This document shows, piece after piece, positions 24,914-33,041 of a stretch of DNA of 36,941 bases. A model generated the notes under the pieces. That model was given only the letters and a program-made list of their open reading frames with translations. It was not told where the DNA came from and made no database searches. The translations under genes and the position numbers were made by a program. This DNA comes from a virus: the IMG/VR virus record IMGVR_UViG_3300022670_000072, positions 1 through 36,941 of that record. One strand, 5' to 3'. Positions within the stretch are counted from its first letter, which is position 1, and every line of letters starts with the position of its first letter.

Positions 24914-25686
24914 TGATTATTATTGACCAGATAGAGCAAGGTACGCCTGATTGGCATCGTGCGAGAGCTGGAGTTATTACAGCTAGCCGAGCAAGTGAGT
25001 TTTCAAGTAAAGCAAAGCTTGCGCCATTACCTGATGGACTTGTATTTGAAAAACAAGGCAAAACAAACTCATGCGTTTATAAAGATATTATTTATTCTGA
25101 CACTAGCAAGGCAAATGTGCAGCACGAAATAAGGTCGTTACTGCCAATGGTTTACGGTGATATGCGCCAAGGCTATATGGCTGAGTTAGTAGCGCAAATA
25201 GCTACCGGTTTGATACCTGAGCAAATGAGCTTTAAGCAATGTGAATGGGGCCACGAACACGAAGACCAAGCAAGAGCGTTTTTCGAGTTAGAGCATGGCG
25301 TTGATGTAACTGTGCCAGCGTTTATTTACCGCGATAAAGAAAAGCGCTTTGGTATTTCACCGGATGGATTAATAACAGGCACTAAAATTGGCCTTGAATT
25401 AAAGTGTCCGTTCACCAGTAAGGTATTTGTAGAGTTCGCTACATGCGACAAAATTAAAAAGGAGTATATCGAACAGTGTCAATACTCAATGTGGGTGACG
25501 GGTTACGAGGGTTGGTATTTTGCCAACTACGACCCGCGCATAACAACCAAGAAATTGCACTGGGTATTAATTGAACGTGACCAAGCATTCATGGATAAAT
25601 ATGACGAAGCAGAAAAAAACTTTGTTCGTGACATGGATTCAATGCTAGGTAAATTAGATTTAAAATTCGGCCAACAATGGCAATAG
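24913..25686 (+). CDS. YqaJ-type viral recombinase exonuclease (lambda Exo-like)
   Basis: 257 aa. EQGTPDWHRARAGVITASRASEF..., GISPDGL and LELKCP are the PD-(D/E)xK YqaJ motifs. It is coupled to erf by TAATG. Confidence 0.9.
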   Translation: MIIIDQIEQGTPDWHRARAGVITASRASEFSSKAKLAPLPDGLVFEKQGKTNSCVYKDIIYSDTSKANVQHEIRSLLPMVYGDMRQGYMAELVAQIATGLIPEQMSFKQCEWGHEHEDQARAFFELEHGVDVTVPAFIYRDKEKRFGISPDGLITGTKIGLELKCPFTSKVFVEFATCDKIKKEYIEQCQYSMWVTGYEGWYFANYDPRITTKKLHWVLIERDQAFMDKYDEAEKNFVRDMDSMLGKLDLKFGQQWQ

Positions 25687-25895
25687 TAAAGCCGTTCAAG
25701 TTTACTCTTGAAGTGTTTATTAGCGCCGTAACCGATAACCCAGGCATTAACAGAAAGCAGCTAATAGACGCCACTGGCTTTGGCCATCACTGTATTGATA
25801 GATGTATCGCGTACCTACTTAGTACGAAGGAAATCAAGCGGGTATTTATTAGAATGTCAGGGCCATATAAGGTTTATAATTATGAAATTAACTAA
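25677..25895 (+). CDS. Putative winged-helix protein
   Basis: 72 aa. ...NPGINRKQLIDATGFGHHCIDRCIAYLLSTKEIKRV... Confidence 0.5.
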   Translation: MAIVKPFKFTLEVFISAVTDNPGINRKQLIDATGFGHHCIDRCIAYLLSTKEIKRVFIRMSGPYKVYNYEIN

Positions 25896-25926
25896 CAAAG
25901 CCTCTACGGAGGCAAGGAGAATATAA

Positions 25927-26118
25927 ATGGAATGGATAAGTATCACCGACGAACGACCGCAAGAGGACTTTCAGGTATTGGTTTGTGTGGACGATGATGT
26001 TTATATTGATACATTTAGGTGTGGAAGTGTGGACGGTCACTATTGGTTTGATAGTGAAAAGCCTTTTTTTGACATAATTACTCACTGGATGCCACTACCA
26101 GAACCACCAAAGGAGTAA
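25927..26118 (+). CDS. DUF551-domain protein
   Basis: 63 aa starting MEWISITDERP and ending ...ITHWMPLPEPPKE, the hallmark DUF551 ends. Confidence 0.8.
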   Translation: MEWISITDERPQEDFQVLVCVDDDVYIDTFRCGSVDGHYWFDSEKPFFDIITHWMPLPEPPKE

Positions 26119-26120
26119 CA

Positions 26121-26303
26121 ATGCGCCTAATCATAGCAAGGAAATCTCCATTAAGATGTCGCGGATATGATGGGCGGCACCACCAAATATTCACACGGTT
26201 TGAATACGCAAAATTAAGGCGCGGTAAGTTCTTATGTAAGAGCTGCCGCGATAAACTAGAATTAGATAAGTGCAGTAAATTCTTTAACGAGTTAATTAAA
26301 TAG
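26121..26303 (+). CDS. Hypothetical basic protein
   Basis: 60-aa ORF with a possible CKSC pair. Confidence 0.45.
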   Translation: MRLIIARKSPLRCRGYDGRHHQIFTRFEYAKLRRGKFLCKSCRDKLELDKCSKFFNELIK

Positions 26304-26316
26304 GTAGGTTAAGGTT

Positions 26317-26517
26317 ATGTTAAAAGGAAAAGGTTGTAGAGTTGGAAATAGTACCGATATAAATAAAGACGGATTTAGCTATTTTGAAGGTGTCATTGTA
26401 TCAGACCCGATAATGTCCGTAGGCGATAATGATTATATTTATATACTGGTTCAGGTTGGCGATAGACTTGTGAGGGCTGATGTTGATTATATTTATTATC
26501 TAGATGCTATGGACTAA
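26317..26517 (+). CDS. Hypothetical protein
   Basis: 66-aa ORF on the operon strand. Confidence 0.5.
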   Translation: MLKGKGCRVGNSTDINKDGFSYFEGVIVSDPIMSVGDNDYIYILVQVGDRLVRADVDYIYYLDAMD

Positions 26518-26999
26518 TGGCTGGTTTAACCACTACAGACGATAAGATTCCGCTTATCGTTGTTGTACCTAATTTCGATCACCTGATAATAAGGAAGAGT
26601 AAAATGACATATAAATTAAGCGCTCGGTCACAAGAAAGATTAAGCGGCGTAGATAATCGTATATTTGCTATAGTTGAGTTAGCGTTAACTATCAGTATTA
26701 TTGATTTCGGCATACCAAAGCTAGGAGGATTACGAACAGCAGAAGAACAGCGTAATTTATTTAAAAGCGGCAATGGTGTTACTAAGTGCGATGGTATAGA
26801 AATCAAATCAGAGCATCAGTCAGGCTTAGCATTTGATATTTACGCTTATGTAGACGGGAAAGCTTCATGGGATAGGTACCACTTAACACAAGTAGCGGCG
26901 GCATTATTACAAGCTGCTGCGATGTTAGGTTATCCGTTAACCTGGGGCGGTCTTTGGGAGTCTTGGCAGGACTTACCACACTTTCAATTAGAGGATTAA
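26517..26999 (+). CDS. Peptidase M15 endolysin (L-alanyl-D-glutamate / D-Ala-D-Ala peptidase type)
   Basis: ...GGLRTAEEQRNLFKSG..., SEHQSGLAFDIYAY and ...WGGLW....DLPHFQL are the zinc-ligand motifs of T5-type M15 lysins. An alternative start at ATG 26604 follows AAGGAAG and gives 131 aa. Confidence 0.85.
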   Translation: MAGLTTTDDKIPLIVVVPNFDHLIIRKSKMTYKLSARSQERLSGVDNRIFAIVELALTISIIDFGIPKLGGLRTAEEQRNLFKSGNGVTKCDGIEIKSEHQSGLAFDIYAYVDGKASWDRYHLTQVAAALLQAAAMLGYPLTWGGLWESWQDLPHFQLED

Positions 27000-27001
27000 T
27001 T

Positions 27002-27163
27002 ATGTACAGAGTTAAAAAAGCAAATGGATGGAATAAATACAAAGTACAAAAGCGTTTTATGTTGATATTTTGGCGTGATTTAGAGGGGGCAGTTTTTGAT
27101 AGTGAAGGGTTGGCGCATCTTGCATGGGGTAATCTTATGTTAATAGCAAAAAGTAAGGGGTAA
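27002..27163 (+). CDS. Small hypothetical protein (53 aa)
   Basis: GAGGA lies 6 nt before ATG 27002. The ORF track extends the frame back to 26954, inside the endolysin gene. Confidence 0.45.
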   Translation: MYRVKKANGWNKYKVQKRFMLIFWRDLEGAVFDSEGLAHLAWGNLMLIAKSKG

Positions 27164-27166
27164 TTT

Positions 27167-27562
27167 ATGAGTTGGATTGGTAAGTTATTTGGAACGGAAA
27201 AAGCGGTTAATAGCCTAGTCGATAAAGACAATGGATTATTAACTCAGGCTGGCAATTGGATTGGCGGGTTTAGCTATACCGACGAAGAAAAGGCAGAAAA
27301 CAACCTGTTAGTTAAAAGCTGGGGGCTAAAGCAGCTAGAAGCCTTGGAGCCGTTCAAGGTAGTACAGAGGATAATAGCTTTTTCAGTATTGTTTGTATGG
27401 GGGTTTGTGGCGATTAATTATGTGGCAATGTTATGGTTTAAACATGAGTCAGCGGCAGAGTTATTAACTTTTGCATTAAGCGACTATGTATTCTGGCCCA
27501 CATTGGCGGTGTTATCTTTGTATTGCGGAGGCGGAACACTTAACTCGTTTACTAAGAAATAG
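27167..27562 (+). CDS. Putative holin (two C-terminal transmembrane helices)
   Basis: 131 aa. A soluble N-terminal part is followed by VVQRIIAFSVLFVWGFVAINYVAMLW and YVFWPTLAVLSLYCGGG. It lies next to the endolysin and resembles the layout of gene-transfer-agent-type holins. Confidence 0.5.
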   Translation: MSWIGKLFGTEKAVNSLVDKDNGLLTQAGNWIGGFSYTDEEKAENNLLVKSWGLKQLEALEPFKVVQRIIAFSVLFVWGFVAINYVAMLWFKHESAAELLTFALSDYVFWPTLAVLSLYCGGGTLNSFTKK

Positions 27563-27638
27563 TATATAATGTAATAGCGGTGACATGCCGTGTAATGTTC
27601 ATTTAATTAAATCGGAGTAAGATTATGAGAAGTAAGTT

Positions 27639-28172
27639 TTGCAATATGCCAGGTGGTCACGGACACGATCCAGACAAAGATCCGGACAAAGACGGCAGCG
27701 ACTAGCCTTGTATTTTTATAATTATATTTTATTGGCAGGGTTTGCCTGCCTTTTATTTAATGGCAGAACAAGATTTGCATCATCTGTATTTCTTGCTGGA
27801 TGGGCTGTTTACCTATTATCAACCTTTACCGCTAGTACTGAGTTTTACTATATGGCTTCGGGTACTATAGAGGCTGCAATAGCTTACTTGCTAAATAAGC
27901 GTTATAGAGTAATAGCATACCTTGGATACTTACTTATATTTGTTAACTTTTACGGCTTGATTTTATACAACAATAAAATAGGGCCATTATCATATGATGT
28001 TATTTATGCCATAATATCAGTCACTCAATTTATATTCTTACTAGCGAGGCTTATCCCGAATGGACTCAATAGATTACCTGCTAAACATTTTGTGGTTCGC
28101 GCTGTTAATTTTGATAGCCGTGGTGCGTATGATAGAATGTATAAAAATACACAAACGCAAGGTAAGAATTGA
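27639..28172 (+). CDS. Multi-pass membrane protein (4-5 transmembrane helices); start uncertain
   Basis: The ORF is open from a TTG at 27639. The first in-frame ATG is at 27852. Hydrophobic helices run throughout. Confidence 0.5.
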   Translation: MQYARWSRTRSRQRSGQRRQRLALYFYNYILLAGFACLLFNGRTRFASSVFLAGWAVYLLSTFTASTEFYYMASGTIEAAIAYLLNKRYRVIAYLGYLLIFVNFYGLILYNNKIGPLSYDVIYAIISVTQFIFLLARLIPNGLNRLPAKHFVVRAVNFDSRGAYDRMYKNTQTQGKN

Positions 28173-28387
28173 TGAGTGGCGAAAAAATAAGACAGATAGT
28201 AGATGTGGTTGTATCCCATCCCAAAACTGCGACTGTAGTAGTGGCAGCAGCTACAAACTTTAACGTATGGCTCGCAGACTATGAGCCGGTTGTTAAGTTT
28301 GCCACATCAATACTCGGTATAATTCTGGTCAGTGTATTAATCATCAAGCATACCATCGATTTAGTGAAATCATTAAAGAGCGATTAA
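28169..28387 (+). CDS. Small membrane protein (possible holin or lysis accessory)
   Basis: 72 aa with the hydrophobic segments TATVVVAAATNFNVWL and FATSILGIILVSVLII. The start overlaps the upstream stop (ATGA). Confidence 0.5.
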   Translation: MMSGEKIRQIVDVVVSHPKTATVVVAAATNFNVWLADYEPVVKFATSILGIILVSVLIIKHTIDLVKSLKSD

Positions 28388-28418
28388 CAATCACAGTGTA
28401 ATAACATAAGGTTAAGTA

Positions 28419-28760
28419 ATGGCGTGTCAAATATTGGTATCAAACAAAAGCGGATTACCAAAAGCCGAGATAATCACACTCGTTGACGGTGATCATAAGT
28501 GGTCTGCTCTCGAATCAATGCAGAAGTTTATAGCTTGCGGTGGATTATTTGATGATTGGTCACGATTATTTTCGATAGTAAAAGTAACAGATAAAAACTT
28601 AGATGAAATTAAATTCCTGTATGACGCTAATAACAATGCTGTTAGAAAGTGGGTATTTATTGAGCCACCAAAAGATTCGCAAGAATGGAAAGACCTATAC
28701 TTAACGGGTGAGGTTTCATGTACATGGGCGGTAATCAATCAATATCTGGTAAGTAAATAA
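28419..28760 (+). CDS. Hypothetical protein
   Basis: 113-aa ORF. Its stop overlaps the next start (TAATG). Confidence 0.6.
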   Translation: MACQILVSNKSGLPKAEIITLVDGDHKWSALESMQKFIACGGLFDDWSRLFSIVKVTDKNLDEIKFLYDANNNAVRKWVFIEPPKDSQEWKDLYLTGEVSCTWAVINQYLVSK

Positions 28761-29668
28761 TGCCTACAGTAACAGAAAAAACACTAAAAAAAGACGGTAG
28801 CGGAGATTATACAACTATAAACGCATGGTTAGCTGCTGAGGTAAGCGGAGTTGATTTTGTATCTCTTGATGAAGTACGGCGGTTAAAGGTATTTAAAGCT
28901 GGTTGGGGTTCAGCAACGCCATTAAGTGAGAGTTTTCTCGATTTCGGAACAGGAACGACAACAAGCGCCACACAAAGGCCAGAAATTGTATGTGGCGGGG
29001 TAGAAACTCATGATTTTACCGCGGGCACTGGTTTTGTTTTTACTGTGCCGACAAGTTTCGGTTTCATTGGTAGAGATAATTTTATATTAATTGATGGTAT
29101 AGAGATTGCGGATTGTACTAATACAAGTCTTCTTTGGCATACGTCTATAAATATAGAATTAAGGAATACAATATCACACGGGATCTCAAATCTTGGTATG
29201 TTTGAGGGAGATCCGCAATTTTGTATATTTTATGATTATTTCCCCGCCTCGTCAGCAAGTGAGAATGATGCTGTTATAGCGGGTAATGTAGTAAATTGCA
29301 CAATTATAGCCAAACTTGTAGAGTTCGGATTCGGTGGCGATATAATGCTGCAAAACGGAACTGCAAATGACACGTTAATATTCAAGACTACCGCGAGAAT
29401 TGCCTTTGACGCTTACTTTAATGTAACAGGTGATTTTAACGGAGTAAACAGAACGGGTGAGGGTGTGCCTGGTTCTAATTCACAAACAAATTTAACTACG
29501 GCAGACTTTAACGATTACGCTAACGATGATTATAGGTTAGATCCAACCTCAAATTTTGTCACTAACGGTAGCAGCTCTGGGTTTATGGGTGCTGCTGTTG
29601 CTCCTAGTGGCGGAGGTGCATCAATTCCTGTTATAATGAACCAACTTAGAAATCAAGGGATAAATTAA
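28760..29668 (+). CDS. Beta-helix-like protein (possible virion-associated glycan-binding or depolymerase protein)
   Basis: 302 aa. DGSGDYTTINAWL resembles the pectinesterase/pectate-lyase-type N-terminal motif, and the body is repetitive with Gly/Asn turns. Confidence 0.5.
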   Translation: MPTVTEKTLKKDGSGDYTTINAWLAAEVSGVDFVSLDEVRRLKVFKAGWGSATPLSESFLDFGTGTTTSATQRPEIVCGGVETHDFTAGTGFVFTVPTSFGFIGRDNFILIDGIEIADCTNTSLLWHTSINIELRNTISHGISNLGMFEGDPQFCIFYDYFPASSASENDAVIAGNVVNCTIIAKLVEFGFGGDIMLQNGTANDTLIFKTTARIAFDAYFNVTGDFNGVNRTGEGVPGSNSQTNLTTADFNDYANDDYRLDPTSNFVTNGSSSGFMGAAVAPSGGGASIPVIMNQLRNQGIN

Positions 29669-30439
29669 ATGTGGCTAAGACAATCTACAGCTAGCCAAGA
29701 GATTAGCTTAGGGCAGTTTCTTGATAGTACAGACGGCAACACAGAAGAGAACGGTTTAACTATTGCCAATACTGATATTAAATTAAGAAAGGGCGGCACG
29801 ATAACCCTAGCAAATAAAAATTCAGGTGGTGCAACTAGTATTTCAAACGGCGTTTATCATGCGACATTAGATGCGACTGATACGAACACTTTAGGATTGC
29901 TTGAAGTTTATGTTCACGTTGCTGGTGCGCTGGCAACTAAATCTAGCTATATGATTTTACCGGCTGCTAGTTATGATGCTTTGGTGACTAACGGGTTGAT
30001 CAACTTTAATCCGGCATCCGATACGGTTGCTAATGTAACTTTAGTTGCTACGACTACCACAAACACAGATATGAGAGGCACAAACAGCGCCAATACTGTT
30101 GTACCCGCATCAGTGGCACAATTTAACGCTAGAAGTATTTTAAGTGGTAATTATGCGTTAGAGGCTAGTATCACATCATTGAACGATTTCAACCCTGCAA
30201 GCGATACTGTTGCAAATGTTACACTAGTAGCAACAACCACAACCAATACTGACATGCGCGGAACTGATGGAGCCAATACAGTGATACCGCCAACAGTCAC
30301 AGAGTTTAACGCCAGGACATTACCAACCGCTGATTATTCTCAATTTGACTTTTCTGTAAACGAAGTAAGTGCAGATATAACCAAGATTAACGGCGTAACA
30401 ATAACGGGTGACGGTAACGCAAATCCGTTTGATGTATAA
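29669..30439 (+). CDS. Putative structural / fibre-like protein with an internal 61-aa tandem duplication
   Basis: 256 aa. MWLRQSTASQEISLGQFLDSTDGNTEENGLTIANTDIKLRKGG... is a conserved N-terminal pattern seen in podovirus accessory structural genes. Confidence 0.6.
   Translation: MWLRQSTASQEISLGQFLDSTDGNTEENGLTIANTDIKLRKGGTITLANKNSGGATSISNGVYHATLDATDTNTLGLLEVYVHVAGALATKSSYMILPAASYDALVTNGLINFNPASDTVANVTLVATTTTNTDMRGTNSANTVVPASVAQFNARSILSGNYALEASITSLNDFNPASDTVANVTLVATTTTNTDMRGTDGANTVIPPTVTEFNARTLPTADYSQFDFSVNEVSADITKINGVTITGDGNANPFDV
30005..30319 (+). repeat. Intragenic tandem duplication with a 183-nt period. The cores are 30005..30136 and 30188..30319.
   Basis: FNPASDTVANVTLVATTTTNTDMRGT is encoded twice with 26/26 identical residues, but 21 of the 26 codons differ. 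Confidence 0.9.
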
Positions 30440-30639
30440 TGAGCTTAGAAATTGATGGAGTATGGAGGGGTGGGCTATGGGCATCAACCGTCTGGGCTGC
30501 TGGGGTATGGAGAGAGGGCGAGTCAACTTCAGTATGGACAGACAAGGCAGGAGTTAACACTAGTTGGGGCGATAAAGCATCAGTAAGCACTACATACACA
30601 ATTCAAGCACCTGTAAATACAACTTGGACAGATAAATAA
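30439..30639 (+). CDS. Trp-repeat small protein
   Basis: 66 aa starting GVWRGGLWASTVWAAGVWREGESTSVWTDKAGVNTSW... with W every 4-8 residues. It is coupled to the upstream gene by TAATG. Confidence 0.5.
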   Translation: MSLEIDGVWRGGLWASTVWAAGVWREGESTSVWTDKAGVNTSWGDKASVSTTYTIQAPVNTTWTDK

Positions 30640-30645
30640 ACTAAC

Positions 30646-30671
30646 CCGTCAATAACCTTTAAGGACTGACA
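30646..30671 (+). promoter_or_regulatory. Conserved pre-start element, copy B (CCGTCAATAACC-TTTAAGGACTGACA)
   Basis: It matches 209..233 apart from the 1-3 nt linker and lies 2 nt before the small terminase ATG. Confidence 0.5.
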
Positions 30672-30673
30672 CC

Positions 30674-31123
30674 ATGACACAACCATTTTGGAAAGCCAGA
30701 TCGAAACATGGCAGAGATAAAATATTTAAAACCCCCGCAAGCCTATGGAGTGCCGCACAAGGTTACTTTCAATGGATAGAGAATAACCCATTAACTAAGC
30801 CTATAATCTATCAAGGCGCAGTTACAGGGAAGGAAGAATTAGCGCGACCTATGACGGTAAAAGGTTTGTGCATACACCTAAATGTAAACTCCAAGTATTT
30901 CAATGACTTCAACGCAGCTTTAGACCTAGATAAAGAATTAGACAAAGATTTTTCCGAGGTCTCAATAAAGATCCGGGAAATAATTGACACTAATAAGTTT
31001 GAAGGCGCCACTGTTGGTCTATTTAATCCAACAATTATAGCGCGTGATTTAGGGTTAGCTGATAAGCAAGAAGTAACATCTATTGAGATGACTCACGAAG
31101 AATGGCTAGACTCTCTTGAGTAG
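30674..31123 (+). CDS. terS: Terminase small subunit (gp3-like)
   Basis: 149 aa. ...GRDKIFKTPASLWSAAQGYFQWIENNP...RPMTVKGLCIHLNVNSKYFNDF... is the HTH-type pattern of the gp3 DNA-packaging family. It lies directly upstream of the large terminase and overlaps it. Confidence 0.8.
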   Translation: MTQPFWKARSKHGRDKIFKTPASLWSAAQGYFQWIENNPLTKPIIYQGAVTGKEELARPMTVKGLCIHLNVNSKYFNDFNAALDLDKELDKDFSEVSIKIREIIDTNKFEGATVGLFNPTIIARDLGLADKQEVTSIEMTHEEWLDSLE

Positions 31124-32642
31124 CCAGCGACAAAGGCTAAAGGATGATTTCGAATTCTACGCTAGAAACTGCCTAAAAATAAGAACCAAAGATAAAGGGT
31201 TGCAACCTCTGTTGTTAAACGAGGCGCAGCTCTATATCCATGAATGCCTACAAAAGCAGGTTGCTGATACTGGCAAGGTTAGAGCTATTATCCTCAAAGG
31301 AAGGCAGCAAGGTGCATCTACTTATGTTGGTGCTCGCTTTATCCATAAGACCACACACAATAAAGGCGTGAGAGCTTTTATACTTACACATGATGGTGAG
31401 TCAACAAACGCCCTGTTTGAAATGACCGATCGTTATTATGAAAACCTACCTAAATTTGTTAAGCCAGCAACCAGCAAAGCAAACGCTAAGGAATTACAGT
31501 TCGCCGCGCTTGATTCTGGTTACAAGATAGGGACAGCGGGTAACAAAGCTGTTGGTCGTGGTCAAACGCTGCAATACTTTCACGGTTCAGAGGTTGCTTT
31601 CTGGATGAATGCTAGTGAACACACAAAAGGAATCATGCAAGCAGTACCGGACGCACCAGGAACAGAAGTAATATGGGAAAGTACCGCCAATGGTGTTGGT
31701 AATTTCTTTCATGAGCAATGGAAGTTAGCAGAGAAAGGTTTATCAGAATTTATAGCTATATTTGTTCCGTGGTTTTGGCAGTCTGAATACAGAAAAGAAT
31801 TACCGGAAGATTTTAGATCAACAGAGGACGAGGATAAACTCAAATCTGTTTATGGTATTAATGACAATCAAATATTCTGGCGCCGAATGAAGGTAGCAGA
31901 ATTAACAACTGATGGTATTGACGGCGGTAAAGCATTTAAACAAGAATACCCAATGAATGCAGCCGAAGCCTTTCAGGTATCAGGTGGTGACGGTTTGATA
32001 ACTGCTGACCATTGTATGACATCACGAAAAGAAGTGGTAAACGGTAGCGGTGCTTATGTTATTGGTGTTGATCCTTCACGTGGTGGTGATAGGTTTGCCA
32101 TTGTTAAACGTCAAGGGCGTAAAATGTATGGTATGGAGGCTTACATAGGAGAGCAGTGTAACGCGCTTGGTAAGAATGTAGCTATCTGTAAAAAGATACT
32201 AGACACCAAATGCACGATAGCTAAGAAGGTACCCGATATGATGTTTATTGATTACGGTGCTGGTGCTGACTTAGTTGATAGGCTTCATGAGTTAGGATAT
32301 AAAGGCCGTGTTAAGTCTGTTCACTTTGGATCGACTCCTTTAAACCCTGAGAAGTACACGAACAAGCGCAATGAAATATGGCAAGAGCTATCTGATTGGA
32401 TGGTTGACGAAACGTTACCGGTACAAATACCTGATGATGATGAAATGCAAGCTGATTTATGTGCTAGCCCTTTTAGTTGGGATGCTAAAGATCGCAGAGT
32501 GTTATGGTCAAAGGATAGGATAAAAGAGAAGTATGGCTTTAGTCCTGATTATGGTGATGCTGCCGCATTAACATTTGCTGAACCAGTACGACAGGACAAG
32601 AAGAAGAAAAAACTAAACTATGGAGCATCAAGTGTCGTTTAA
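31116..32642 (+). CDS. terL: Terminase large subunit
   Basis: 508 aa. It has a Walker-A-like ILKGRQQGASTY and a nuclease-domain pattern VIGVDPSRGGDRFAIV. The only in-frame start near the 5' end is TTG 31116, which overlaps the small terminase stop. Confidence 0.92.
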   Translation: MSSQRQRLKDDFEFYARNCLKIRTKDKGLQPLLLNEAQLYIHECLQKQVADTGKVRAIILKGRQQGASTYVGARFIHKTTHNKGVRAFILTHDGESTNALFEMTDRYYENLPKFVKPATSKANAKELQFAALDSGYKIGTAGNKAVGRGQTLQYFHGSEVAFWMNASEHTKGIMQAVPDAPGTEVIWESTANGVGNFFHEQWKLAEKGLSEFIAIFVPWFWQSEYRKELPEDFRSTEDEDKLKSVYGINDNQIFWRRMKVAELTTDGIDGGKAFKQEYPMNAAEAFQVSGGDGLITADHCMTSRKEVVNGSGAYVIGVDPSRGGDRFAIVKRQGRKMYGMEAYIGEQCNALGKNVAICKKILDTKCTIAKKVPDMMFIDYGAGADLVDRLHELGYKGRVKSVHFGSTPLNPEKYTNKRNEIWQELSDWMVDETLPVQIPDDDEMQADLCASPFSWDAKDRRVLWSKDRIKEKYGFSPDYGDAAALTFAEPVRQDKKKKKLNYGASSVV

Positions 32643-32669
32643 CTAACGGGAGGTGATTATCTAAAGATT

Positions 32670-32697
32670 AAAAGCCCACTTCGATTGTGGGCTTTTT
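32670..32697. terminator. Bidirectional intrinsic terminator
   Basis: AAAA-GCCCAC-ttcgatt-GTGGGC-TTTTT, between the convergent large terminase gene and the reverse-strand island. Confidence 0.75.
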
Positions 32698-32706
32698 ATT
32701 TATTTA

Positions 32707-32856
32707 CTATTTAAATGTAAGCCAAGCCTTTACTGTAATGCCACTAGAAAACAAAATCATAATAAAATAATAATAAATACCTATCGGCTTATCATAAGGT
32801 ATTAATAGAAAAACCAAGCAACACAGTAAAAACAGCAAGGTGTACTTATTACCCAT
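32707..32856 (-). CDS. Small membrane protein (49 aa)
   Basis: MGNKYTLLFLLCCLVFLLIPYDKPIGIYYYFIMILFSSGITVKAWLTFK. The ATG lies 2 nt after the upstream stop. Confidence 0.4.
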   Translation of the reverse strand: MGNKYTLLFLLCCLVFLLIPYDKPIGIYYYFIMILFSSGITVKAWLTFK

Positions 32857-32858
32857 AA

Positions 32859-33041
32859 TCAAACCCTCTTCTTTTTAAAGCTAGCATTACCACCAGTACT
32901 ATTACCAAGGAACTTAGGTGCGGTTATAACTCTTACAGCTTCAGTGCCACAGTTACAAAAAACCAGCCTTACATCATTAGTAACTAGCCTATCGAATACA
33001 GTGCCAGATTCTTGACACTTAAAGTCTTTAAATATTTTCAT
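32859..33041 (-). CDS. FmdB-like zinc-ribbon protein (first knuckle degenerate)
   Basis: 60 aa. ...FKCQESGTVFDRLV...VFCNCGTEAVRVITAPKFLGNSTGG follows the layout of CxxC_CxxC_SSSS-type proteins. Confidence 0.45.
   Translation of the reverse strand: MKIFKDFKCQESGTVFDRLVTNDVRLVFCNCGTEAVRVITAPKFLGNSTGGNASFKKKRV

Noticed and set aside
26803-27231. 142-aa minus-strand ORF across the endolysin and holin junction.
   Set aside because: It is antisense to the clearly recognisable M15 endolysin and to tightly coupled plus-strand genes. It has no start context.
27625-27710. Programmed -1 frameshift joining the 26-aa ORF to the membrane-protein ORF.
   Set aside because: There is no X_XXY_YYZ slippery heptamer in the overlap. 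An indel error or a separate leader ORF are simpler explanations.
28060-28263. 67-aa alternative-frame ORF with a good N-terminal transmembrane helix and a basic, Cys-rich tail. It spans the junction of the 177-aa and 72-aa membrane genes.
   Set aside because: It is completely overlapped by two ORFs that read naturally, and it has no ribosome-binding site. An embedded lysis gene cannot be excluded, but nothing in the sequence requires it.
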